The notes under the pieces were generated by a model. That model was not told the origin of the DNA and made no database searches. It was given only the letters and a program-made list of their open reading frames with translations. Shown here piece after piece: positions 36,187 through 44,322 of a stretch of DNA of 64,000 bases. Source of the stretch: a virus (lineage: Duplodnaviria > Heunggongvirae > Uroviricota > Caudoviricetes). The translations under genes were made by a program, and so were the position numbers. The stretch lies in IMG/VR virus record IMGVR_UViG_3300044693_000272. The stretch is one strand, 5' to 3'. The number at the start of each line of letters is the position of its first letter. The first letter of the stretch is position 1.

Positions 36187-36206
36187 ATCGTCGAAAGCGA
36201 GAATTC

Positions 36207-36282
36207 TGGTTGCCGGTATTGGATTTGAACCAATGACCTTCGCCTTATCAAGACGCTGCTGCTACCACTGAGCTAACCGGCA
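36207..36282 (-). tRNA. trnI: tRNA-Ile(GAT)
   Basis: loop TTGATAA, CCA. Confidence 0.92.
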
Positions 36283-36707
36283 ATATATTGAAAGCACTCG
36301 TTGCGTTCGCACAAGTCATCATGCAGCGCTTTACATTTCCACATAATGAACGAGGAGCTACGTCCCTAACTGTAACCAAGTCTGTCACCAATAAAACGTA
36401 GCATACTACTGGTACATATTGGCTCTGTTACAGCCCGTCAGCTTACGCTAACAGTTTGCCACATTATACACCTTTCGCTGTACAATGCAACACAAATTTA
36501 TTCACCACGTCGATCAAGCAATCTGTAGAATGCTTCTACTCGACGGTTATACGCTTTACGTGGCCCATGTATGTCACGGATACGGTAAAGTAATTCATCA
36601 GCACGCTTCCACTTACTGTGGCGCCTGCGTGTCTTGCAGAAGTATCGTTCTTGTTGCATCAATTTCCTCGTATTGTACAGCGTTTGGCATACAACACAAT
36701 TTAAAAG

Positions 36708-36782
36708 TGGTACCTAATAGTGGAATCGAACCACTGTCGCCCGATTATCAGTCGAGTGCTCTAGCCATTGAGCTAATCAGGT
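36708..36782 (-). tRNA. trnI: tRNA-Ile(GAT)
   Basis: loop CTGATAA, CCA. Confidence 0.95.
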
Positions 36783-36792
36783 ATTGAAATCT

Positions 36793-36867
36793 TGGTCGCT
36801 ACGGGTGGAATCGAACCACCATAACCTGCGTATGAAACAAGTGTCCTAGCCGTTGAACGACGTAGCG
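36793..36867 (-). tRNA. tRNA-CAT (elongator Met or Ile2)
   Basis: loop TTCATAC, C1-G72, CCA. Confidence 0.85.
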
Positions 36868-36872
36868 ATAAC

Positions 36873-36984
36873 AGGATGTACATAAATGGCTCCGGAGGCT
36901 GGGATCGAACCAGCGACCCGCGCATTAACAGTGCGCTGCACTACCGCTGTGCTACTCCGGAATTGATGATGCTGTAAACATCCT
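36873..36984 (-). ncRNA. Y-RNA-like stem enclosing an intact tRNA-Asn
   Basis: AGGATGT-TTACAGCAT..[tRNA]..TTTATGT-ACATCCT. Confidence 0.7.
36887..36961 (-). tRNA. trnN: tRNA-Asn(GTT)
   Basis: loop CTGTTAA, G73-CCA. Confidence 0.95.
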
Positions 36985-37049
36985 AAAACATTAAAAGGGT
37001 GAGCCTCGAGTTCCACGACGCCAGTCTAACATTCACCCTGAAAAACAAC

Positions 37050-37100
37050 TGGATGCACTTTCGTTTTCACCAAGAAAATTTAAGTTGCTATAGGCATCCA
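37050..37100 (-). ncRNA. minimal Y-RNA-like stem element
   Basis: TGGATGC-CTATAGCAAC..AAAGT-GCATCCA. Confidence 0.65.
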
Positions 37101-37152
37101 AAACCATTAATGCTCACCACTAAATATCAATATCTCTTTAAGGATGATACCG

Positions 37153-37770
37153 ATGAGCATGTACAAGCTATATTTACCAACTATTTCGCCAGAAACGAGC
37201 AATGAGATTATTGGTAAACTTGAATTTCTTTATAAGACAAACAAGGACAATTCAACGTTCATCCTACCTTGGAATTATCGAGAAGGAGCAAATATTGCTC
37301 TGTTTCTAAACTTCCCTCAATGTTCAGGTATTTTCCCGGAAGTTGATGCCATACTCGATTCTATGCCATGGCCTATGTGCTATTCACTCTCGGTGATAGC
37401 AAACCAAAATCCAAACAGCACTGCTTACATTGTACCGCATTATGATCGAAAACGCAATGTAGCGTTCAATTTTTTACTTGAACCTGGTGGTTCTCAAGTT
37501 GAGACTTGGTTTATAGCTCCTACAGAAGAGCAACGAGATCAACAAGCCATACATGATTCTTTTGAAATTTCGGAATCATATATTCAAGAAGCAAATAACT
37601 GGTGTCTGTTTGATACCGCACGCTTACACGGTGTTTCAAACATCGAAACCACTCGCTTTATCATTAGCGCAACCACCATTGATCGATCAATCACATTAAG
37701 TGAGATCGTTAATCAACTAGGCAATTTAACTACAAGCATCAAACCAGATACTACAGTCAAACGACTATAG
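37153..37770 (+). CDS. 2OG-Fe(II) oxygenase-like protein, only plus-strand gene in the array
   Basis: IVPHYDR (HxD), NF.L, LFDTARLHGVSN, RFIIS. Confidence 0.7.
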   Translation: MSMYKLYLPTISPETSNEIIGKLEFLYKTNKDNSTFILPWNYREGANIALFLNFPQCSGIFPEVDAILDSMPWPMCYSLSVIANQNPNSTAYIVPHYDRKRNVAFNFLLEPGGSQVETWFIAPTEEQRDQQAIHDSFEISESYIQEANNWCLFDTARLHGVSNIETTRFIISATTIDRSITLSEIVNQLGNLTTSIKPDTTVKRL

Positions 37771-37780
37771 CCAATAAACT

Positions 37781-37856
37781 TGGCTCCGCCCGTTGGATTC
37801 GAACCAACCTCATCCGGTTAACAGCCGGGGGTACTCACCGAGAATACGAGAGCGGA
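37781..37856 (-). tRNA. trnN: tRNA-Asn(GTT)
   Basis: loop CTGTTAA, G73-CCA. Confidence 0.92.
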
Positions 37857-37867
37857 ATTGAAACTTG

Positions 37868-37943
37868 TGGTGCCGCCCCGCGGGATCGAACCGCGCCCTC
37901 AGGATTTTCAGTCCCGCGCTTCCACCAGGTTAGCTTGAACGGC
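37868..37943 (-). tRNA. trnF: tRNA-Phe(GAA)
   Basis: loop CTGAAAA, CCA. Confidence 0.95.
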
Positions 37944-37954
37944 ATTGGAATACT

Positions 37955-38030
37955 TGGAGTCGCGTGTGGGACTTGAACCCTACATTTGCGGCTTGAAAGG
38001 CCACCGTCCTTACCTTTAGACGAACACGAC
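37955..38030 (-). tRNA. trnE: tRNA-Glu(TTC)
   Basis: loop CTTTCAA, CCA. Confidence 0.9.
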
Positions 38031-38040
38031 ATTGTAAATC

Positions 38041-38117
38041 TGGTGGAGACAGTGGGAATCAAACCCACCACAGACGCATTGCAAGTGCATCTCGCCACTC
38101 TTGGTACATGTGCCCCC
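38041..38117 (-). tRNA. trnA: tRNA-Ala(TGC)
   Basis: loop CTTGCAA, G3.U70, CCA. Confidence 0.9.
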
Positions 38118-38242
38118 AGAATTTGTTGTGCGTTTTTCTATGCGAAGGTCGCACCCCCTGCATTCCACCTTGAGACGCAAGCGTCTGTTTCACTGAGAAA
38201 CAATGCTATGTTCGCTACTCATAGCACCAAGTAATTTAAAAC

Positions 38243-38318
38243 TGGCGCCCCGTAGGGGGTTCGAACCCCTGACTTCCCGATAGACAGTCGAGCACTCTAG
38301 CCGCTGAGTTAACGAGGC
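38243..38318 (-). tRNA. trnD: tRNA-Asp(GTC)
   Basis: loop CTGTCTA, G73-CCA. Confidence 0.95.
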
Positions 38319-38327
38319 AATGAAACT

Positions 38328-38403
38328 TGGAGGGTCCTGGGTGAATCGAACACACCATCCTCGCGTTCGTAGCACGAGATTCTCTCCATTGAACTAAGGA
38401 CCC
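38328..38403 (-). tRNA. trnR: tRNA-Arg(ACG)
   Basis: loop CTACGAA, CCA. Confidence 0.93.
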
Positions 38404-38421
38404 ATCATGTAAAACAAAACT

Positions 38422-38497
38422 TGGTCACCCCGGACAGACTCGAACTGTCGCTCCATGATCCCAAATCACGTGTGCTTGCCGCTAACACTACGGGGAG
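38422..38497 (-). tRNA. trnP: tRNA-Pro(TGG)
   Basis: loop TTTGGGA, CCA. Confidence 0.9.
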
Positions 38498-38570
38498 ATA
38501 AGCGAATTGGACGCTCTGGATTGGCTTGCGCGAATCGTCAAACGTTTAACCCAACCGTTACTATTAAACT

Positions 38571-38645
38571 TGGCGACCCTGCGGAGAATCGAACTCCGTT
38601 CCCCAGATAGACAGTCTAGGATAATAACCAATATAAGACAAGGCC
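38571..38645 (-). tRNA. trnD: tRNA-Asp(GTC)
   Basis: loop CTGTCTA, G73-CCA. Confidence 0.93.
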
Positions 38646-38721
38646 AAAAACACATACCCGGCTGAGAACCTTACGCATGCCTTAACATGCGTGCCCGTCT
38701 TAACGGGGTATGTGTAGTAGA

Positions 38722-38877
38722 TGGTGGAGACATTTGGAATCGAACCAAACTAGCCTACTTGCTCAATCCCTGTTCTATGCAACAGTGCTATCCATGGTCA
38801 ACTGTCACACGTCGGAATGCTATTGCTTTCAACGGCAGCCTATGCTGCTGCTGGGCTTCCCAGTGCCCTATATCTCC
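38722..38877 (-). ncRNA. 156-nt tRNA-like RNA with multi-hairpin insert in place of the anticodon arm
   Basis: GGAGATA/TGTCTCC-A-CCA, GGGC/GCCC D stem, TTTGGTTCGATTCCAAA T arm. Confidence 0.75.
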
Positions 38878-38885
38878 GTAAAACT

Positions 38886-38973
38886 TGGTGAAGAGTGAAG
38901 GAATCGAACCTAATAACCAACCACCTGTCTATCAGGGTAACGGGTTTACAATCCGCTGACAGGAACACTCTCC
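38886..38973 (-). ncRNA. D-armless tRNA-Tyr(GTA)-like RNA
   Basis: GGAGAGTG/CACTCTTC-A-CCA, loop TTGTAAA, variable arm, no D hairpin. Confidence 0.6.
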
Positions 38974-38991
38974 ATTGAAACTTTATCGCAA

Positions 38992-39141
38992 TTTGCTTTG
39001 CTCATCTGGGTGGATTCGAATCCACCATTTTATCCGAACATTAGGCGCCATTCTTGATCATATCGGCCCGATCAAGTGTGGCTGTTCACTTCTGCACATT
39101 GTCGGCCGTGACTCAAACGCAATTCAGATGATTAAAGCAAA
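38992..39141 (-). ncRNA. 150-nt RNA with tRNA T arm stacked on a ~15-bp terminal stem, no CCA
   Basis: TTTGCTTT-aa-TCATCTG / CAGATGA-gc-AAAGCAAA; GGTGGATTCGAATCCACC. Confidence 0.6.
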
Positions 39142-39152
39142 CTACTGAATTA

Positions 39153-39237
39153 TGGTGGGGTAGGATGGATTCGAACCAACTCACCCGAAGGAACGGATTT
39201 ACAGTCCGCCGCCACTCTCCAACTTGACCGCTACCCC
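39153..39237 (-). tRNA. trnY: tRNA-Tyr(GTA)
   Basis: loop CTGTAAA, variable arm, CCA. Confidence 0.93.
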
Positions 39238-39302
39238 ATAAAACTTACAAATGAAACGCAAGTGCCTTTATAGCTGTTATCCTCTCGTTTCATCTTTATT
39301 AC

Positions 39303-39392
39303 TGGCGGAGGCGGTGAGATTCGAACTCACGGAGCTTTTTAAAACTCGTCGGTTTTCAAGACCGGTGCAATAAACCACTCTGCCACGCCTCC
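39303..39392 (-). tRNA. trnS: tRNA-Ser(TGA)
   Basis: loop CTTGAAA, long variable arm, CCA. Confidence 0.95.
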
Positions 39393-39398
39393 ATATTC

Positions 39399-39472
39399 TG
39401 GCTGAGGGACTAGGGCTCGAACCTAGGCTACATGAGTCAAAGTCATGGGTGCTACCATTACACTATCCCCCA
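39399..39472 (-). tRNA. trnQ: tRNA-Gln(TTG)
   Basis: loop CTTTGAC, U1-A72, CCA. Confidence 0.95.
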
Positions 39473-39746
39473 ACAAGCGCTTACTAAGTTGGTTACGCTT
39501 TTTCAACGCACGTGGTATTGAGCCACGCCCAACTTAGTAAGCGTCTGCATAACGGGGCAACATCAACTTCATGCTGCTGCGTTATGCAGATGTGTCTAGG
39601 CCTAATTGCCCTAGACTGACGAATTTTATACGTTCGCTCGCAAACGAACCTTCATCCTCGCCGCCGCCCATTTAGCCAGTTTTTACGTGCGCGCCTGGGA
39701 TCTCGTTTCCCGTCTACACGTTACTGCAAAGAACATAGGTGCTCTT

Positions 39747-39781
39747 AAACACGAAACCCCGGAAACTTTCGTTTACCGGGG
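39747..39781 (-). terminator. intrinsic terminator (attenuator candidate) ahead of the tRNA array
   Basis: CCCCGG-13 nt-CCGGGG-TTTCGTGTTT. Confidence 0.7.
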
Positions 39782-39808
39782 TGCCTTGTTGTTTAAGAAT
39801 TGCGCTTA

Positions 39809-39958
39809 CTATGCGCTACTCCCTTGGCACCCCTTACTATCTGACAGACTAATGCTTTTCACTTCGCGATTACCATTACCGAGCCATGTTGCGGCGGGCA
39901 TGGACAAGCAATGTCCTTGCTGCTGCTCTGGTCGATAAAAGTTAAACGAAGTTTGCAT
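39809..39958 (-). CDS. putative leader peptide (49 aa, MQTSFNFYRPEQQQ...)
   Basis: ATG with GAGGGA SD between promoter and terminator. Confidence 0.5.
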   Translation of the reverse strand: MQTSFNFYRPEQQQGHCLSMPAATWLGNGNREVKSISLSDSKGCQGSSA

Positions 39959-40013
39959 TTTTCCCTCAAATAGGAGTTAATCATTACGCTGTGTTCATCA
40001 CAGCATGTTACGT

Positions 40014-40042
40014 ACTCTACATCTACTACAACGGCAAGTCAA
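40014..40042 (-). promoter_or_regulatory. sigma70-like promoter for the tRNA array
   Basis: TTGACT-N17-TAGAGT. Confidence 0.65.
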
Positions 40043-40106
40043 CAAACTTTTTGTTAACCCACCAACACTTACTTGTTGCAGAAAAACAACACTCTACAAC
40101 TACAAT

Positions 40107-40354
40107 TCTATTTAGCAAAGTCGGGTGGAGGACTTCACTTAACCCTGTTTCTACTTCCACCATGAGCAGCGTTTCGTTATCACTGCAACGTCCAAGTAAC
40201 AAGGGCGTAAGGATTCGCCACCAACTGTTAACTACAACGTTTTCTAATTCTATTTAGCAAACTGGCTGAAGTCAACAACTTTTTCTAACTTTCTTGCCAC
40301 TTGCTAAACAAACGCTGCCGTTTCCTACAGCGTGTTCACATTATATTTAGCAAA
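40107..40354 (-). promoter_or_regulatory. three TTTGCTAAATA motifs (late-promoter-like)
   Basis: copies at 40107-40119, 40249-40261, 40344-40354; a fourth at 44523-44535. Confidence 0.55.
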
Positions 40355-40466
40355 CAATTTGGCGTCAATTATTTCTACCAACTTGCTTGCCACTTTGTTG
40401 GTGCGTTGTTCTGCAACAACATATGTCACACTATATGGCATGCCAATCTACCTGTCAACAATTATT

Positions 40467-41495
40467 TTATTCTGTTACTTTGTAGTGGCTCGTGACCGTT
40501 CCTTTGTCAGCATGCCCACGTTGATGCTCATGGCGCCACCATCGAACCCCACCACATCTGAGTTTGCATTCCCAATGTAGCGGTTTAGTTTCTTCCCATT
40601 CATGCATACAACCGCTAAACTTCGCTTCTTTATTATGACAGAAGTGCCCACGCACATCATGCAACCGTCGCCAAACACCAGGACCAGCAATCAACTTACG
40701 CAATCTTGGTATTGGATTCAACTTCAGGTGAATGACTGAATGCTTTAATAATGGCCTTACTTGGTGTCGCACAAGTGCTTGAGCATGACCAACTTCCTTC
40801 AGGTAGATGTCACCTCTAGTGCGATTCAAAAACAACAAGAACGCAATGATGTTGCGTAAGTCACCTGCTTGTCCATACGCAAGTTCGTCCATTATACGAT
40901 CTTGAATTTGTGGTAAGCAGCACAATTCTATCGAATGATTTTCGCGTAACGATCTCAACCCTTCTTTATCTTGTTCATTCAGGAAAACATCAGCTGCCGA
41001 GCCCCAATACATTGCATCTAAAGCGATACGCGATATACGCGTCTTCTGGCAGAATTCTAATTCCTGTTGAAACGAAAACGGTTGGAACAGTTTGTATTGC
41101 AAGGGGAGAACTTCTGGAATCATCTCTTCGTCGTTCGAATTGACGATTACACGAACAAGCGGACCTGTTATCAGGTAACCCAACCGAAAGTCGCTGATCA
41201 CATCAGGTTCTTTACAGGTTACGGCTTTGAACAGCACTCGAGAATCAAACTCTATCCAAGTTTTCTCAAACGGTGGAATAGCGAAATCTTGCGCGTCAGC
41301 AATGATACGCGGCATCGTTCTGATCATCTCACCCACATATTCGGTTGCTTGATCATCAAACACAAAGCGATGCGCTTGCCGTAAATGGTCGCACGTGGTT
41401 TCGTGAAAATGTGGTTCTTCAATTTCTCGGCGAACAGATGTTGCCAAGAACATATCAGCTAGTGTCGGCTTCCGCTTGACTTTGCTAACCACCAT
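40467..41495 (-). CDS. conserved phage protein with R.H.VRGH motif and Cys/His insert (paralogue of 26125-27111)
   Basis: RRLHDVRGHF..WWRHEHQRG...G.V...Y.V. Confidence 0.8.
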   Translation of the reverse strand: MVVSKVKRKPTLADMFLATSVRREIEEPHFHETTCDHLRQAHRFVFDDQATEYVGEMIRTMPRIIADAQDFAIPPFEKTWIEFDSRVLFKAVTCKEPDVISDFRLGYLITGPLVRVIVNSNDEEMIPEVLPLQYKLFQPFSFQQELEFCQKTRISRIALDAMYWGSAADVFLNEQDKEGLRSLRENHSIELCCLPQIQDRIMDELAYGQAGDLRNIIAFLLFLNRTRGDIYLKEVGHAQALVRHQVRPLLKHSVIHLKLNPIPRLRKLIAGPGVWRRLHDVRGHFCHNKEAKFSGCMHEWEETKPLHWECKLRCGGVRWWRHEHQRGHADKGTVTSHYKVTE

Positions 41496-41588
41496 GGCCC
41501 CCGTAGTAATCTCTAATTCATTCTACTACGAACGCCAACACGAGTAAAGGCACAAATGAATAGGGGGCCAATTGGCCCCCTAGTTTGA

Positions 41589-43463
41589 TCACTTTGCTAG
41601 AAACTGTTTCCAGCGCTCCGTAAATGGAAACGAAGGTTGCTGTTTTTCAAGTTTAATGAACGGTTGGGATTCAGCGATAAATTCATCTTGACTGAGTGAA
41701 TTCCGTTCAATCAACACATTTGTAATATGTTTGTAATAGTCGAGGTGCTCACCGATCAAGGCCTTAGCACGAACATATTGTTGTTGAATCAAATCTTTCA
41801 CTGCTGGATCAGTTTCTTCGATCATCGTCAACCAATTGATCGTGGGTGATGCACTAGTTTCGATCAGCCCAACAACGTCAGTAAAGCCATAACGTCGCAC
41901 ATAGAAACTAGCACCTTCAGTTGCTTTAGCAATATCAGATTGCGCACCAGTAGTAGTATTTTCAATACCGAATACGATTTCTTCAGCAGCCCGTCCACTC
42001 AACAAAATGCAGAGATCATTTCGCAATCCCTCACGCGTCACTGCTTCGTTGTCTGGTGGAGGCAGCATGTAACCACCATTGAAGGAATTAATATTAACCT
42101 TCACTTCAAAAGGTGATGTCTTGTTCAACAATGCAAATGTGATCGCGTGCCCTGCTTCGTGTGCCGCAACCAACGTCTTATAATCAACCGATGTTTTCTT
42201 CTTGCGTTCGTTCATTTCGAACTCAACTGCAAACTTGGCTGTTTGCCCATCTGCTGTTGCATTAACAAAAGCTAAGCCATCATTGATCGTTAGCTTCACG
42301 TCTTTGTGGTCATTTTCAATGGCCCAAAACGTAACGTTGACGAGCAGATTACTGAAGATCTTATGAATCGAAGAAAAGACTGGTCGTGTTCCTTGTGTTG
42401 GGAAAACTGAATTGTCGTAAATTTGATCGAGTATTGACTGGTCGATGTCAAACTTGATATCTGATACCGCAGTCATCTCATCAGTGTAACGCTTGCACGT
42501 TGCTGCGATAAGCTTCTGGTATGACACTTTGCTCATCGAGGGATAGATGATGTGGTTATTGCCCATGCGAGCAATTTGCTCTGGGCGGAAGCGACGCAAC
42601 AGATTTGCCTTGATCTTGTTGGTTGAAATATTCTTCGTGATTTCGTGGTAGAAGTCAGCATCAGTGTCTGAATCGTCCGTACTGGTTGCACCAGCAAATG
42701 CAGTGTCAAGATTGCCAGAGATGAAGATGATCAACTTCGTATAATCAATTTCCCATGACTTGCGTGTTGCTTGAACTTTATGATATGCAGCTACCACATC
42801 TTTTGAATCCCACGACATGATCTCGGAAACTGAATTCGGCAAACGCAAAAGCTTCTTGATGTTGTTTGCTTCCCACATGTAGATCTTGTGCTTCTTGGAT
42901 TTTGCTTCACCTTCTGCCACAACTTCGCTTTCTTCATCATCGTCGTTCATGCGACTGGCCATCATCATTTCAATCTCATTGAATACTGATGAATCGGATG
43001 AGAATTTACCATCACTCAACAACGTCCATACGTCTTGATAACGTTCAACCTTCATGTCACCGCCGTTATCATCAACTGTACGGAAACGTTGAATCTCATC
43101 AAGCAACAAAATGCCTGGCTTACCTTCTTCAATTTTTGATTGCGACAAAATCGAAGAAAGTGAGTTACTAAAATAACTACCATGAGATGAACTACCATCC
43201 ATAACCACTTCAACAAAGCGGTCACTAAAATCGAGCAGGGAAACAATGCGACGCACGAGTTGCGTCTTGCCAACACCAGTCATACCCCAAAGGTTAACTA
43301 TGACTGGACGTGTAATAAGTTCAGGGAAAATATACCAGGCCGACATTGAATCAATCACCTTGTCGATGATTGAGTCGAGACCAAAGAATTCTGTTTTGAG
43401 CTGCTTTTTTACTTTTTCAAGTTCGACTCGCTTGGAGTCGATGACTGATTTGTCAAGTGCCAT
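41589..43463 (-). CDS. soluble AAA+ ATPase fused to M41 (FtsH-type) zinc peptidase
   Basis: GMTGVGKT, LLLDEIQ, RFRPEQIAR, GTRP, AAHEAGHA, GRAAEE, GA.SDI..AT; no TM segment. Confidence 0.9.
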   Translation of the reverse strand: MALDKSVIDSKRVELEKVKKQLKTEFFGLDSIIDKVIDSMSAWYIFPELITRPVIVNLWGMTGVGKTQLVRRIVSLLDFSDRFVEVVMDGSSSHGSYFSNSLSSILSQSKIEEGKPGILLLDEIQRFRTVDDNGGDMKVERYQDVWTLLSDGKFSSDSSVFNEIEMMMASRMNDDDEESEVVAEGEAKSKKHKIYMWEANNIKKLLRLPNSVSEIMSWDSKDVVAAYHKVQATRKSWEIDYTKLIIFISGNLDTAFAGATSTDDSDTDADFYHEITKNISTNKIKANLLRRFRPEQIARMGNNHIIYPSMSKVSYQKLIAATCKRYTDEMTAVSDIKFDIDQSILDQIYDNSVFPTQGTRPVFSSIHKIFSNLLVNVTFWAIENDHKDVKLTINDGLAFVNATADGQTAKFAVEFEMNERKKKTSVDYKTLVAAHEAGHAITFALLNKTSPFEVKVNINSFNGGYMLPPPDNEAVTREGLRNDLCILLSGRAAEEIVFGIENTTTGAQSDIAKATEGASFYVRRYGFTDVVGLIETSASPTINWLTMIEETDPAVKDLIQQQYVRAKALIGEHLDYYKHITNVLIERNSLSQDEFIAESQPFIKLEKQQPSFPFTERWKQFLAK

Positions 43464-43542
43464 TTATTGTTATTATTCGGAGTGGAGTAAAGCTTGACCC
43501 GAATTATAACAGTATGGCAAGCTAGACGTGCAAATTATTTTC

Positions 43543-44322
43543 CTACCACCCTCTTTCAATGATGGTTTGACGCATTCGATCCAACAGCCGACGATCAAAG
43601 AAGTCTAACATAAACATAGCTCCGATTAATGCACCATGTCCATATGCATCATTCTCGTCTTTAAAGTGTTCAATACAGACTTGAATATTGTTATTTTCAT
43701 ACGGACAATGCAACCAATCTTTAAGTGTTCTTCTATTATTATACCTACAGTAGGTTACTTCTGATACAACGGAAACCGTAAAATTCAACATCAATCCTAA
43801 TTTGATCGCATCAGTAAAATCGGCAATTGGATCAATGTCAGGGTCATTCAAACGATATTTGAGCACTGCTTGAAAGAGCTGAGTTACTTCTTGTTCATTC
43901 ATCACAGGAAACACTGGCTCGATGTATGGTCGTCGAAGTTCGTAACGTAGATGTTTGCGGTAACGTTTCGACTTTTCCTTCATTAAACTTTGGCAAAATC
44001 TACGTTCATACAAGACATGACCCCAGATCGATTCACATTCTAAGTCTTCATATGATTTGTTTTCTGGTTTGACCTTAATCGTCCAATCGTCATGATTGAT
44101 ACATCGAGCACCAATTACACCATTACCATATGCGACAGTATAACCTGTTCGTTTGGCCCAATAACGCGCAAGATCAATTTCATAGAAGCGGCTTAGATCA
44201 CCAGCAACAGAAGCAAATTCATCCTTTAATTTACTAATGGATGCTTCTTTTTGCTGCCATTGATGAAAACAACCAAATTGCAACCTACGCTTGTTTAGCA
44301 TCTCTTCGGTGAACTCGATCAT
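43543..44322 (-). CDS. hypothetical protein
   Basis: SD AGGAGAGG. Confidence 0.75.
   Translation of the reverse strand: MIEFTEEMLNKRRLQFGCFHQWQQKEASISKLKDEFASVAGDLSRFYEIDLARYWAKRTGYTVAYGNGVIGARCINHDDWTIKVKPENKSYEDLECESIWGHVLYERRFCQSLMKEKSKRYRKHLRYELRRPYIEPVFPVMNEQEVTQLFQAVLKYRLNDPDIDPIADFTDAIKLGLMLNFTVSVVSEVTYCRYNNRRTLKDWLHCPYENNNIQVCIEHFKDENDAYGHGALIGAMFMLDFFDRRLLDRMRQTIIERGW

Noticed and set aside
30826-36700. RNase P RNA or group I intron in the large non-coding blocks
   Set aside because: Could not find GAGGAAAGTC/ACAGAA..CGGCTTA or group I P7-type consensus on either strand.
27187-39472. Many ORF-track calls overlapping tRNA genes (e.g. 27666-27890, 30042-30401, 33105-33428, 35302-35724, 37835-38098)
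   Set aside because: They are translations of tRNA sequence (RDSNP, GFEP-type peptides) with no SD or coding signal.
41589-43463. Gene symbol ftsH
   Set aside because: No transmembrane segments and a Clp-like rather than classical AAA module.
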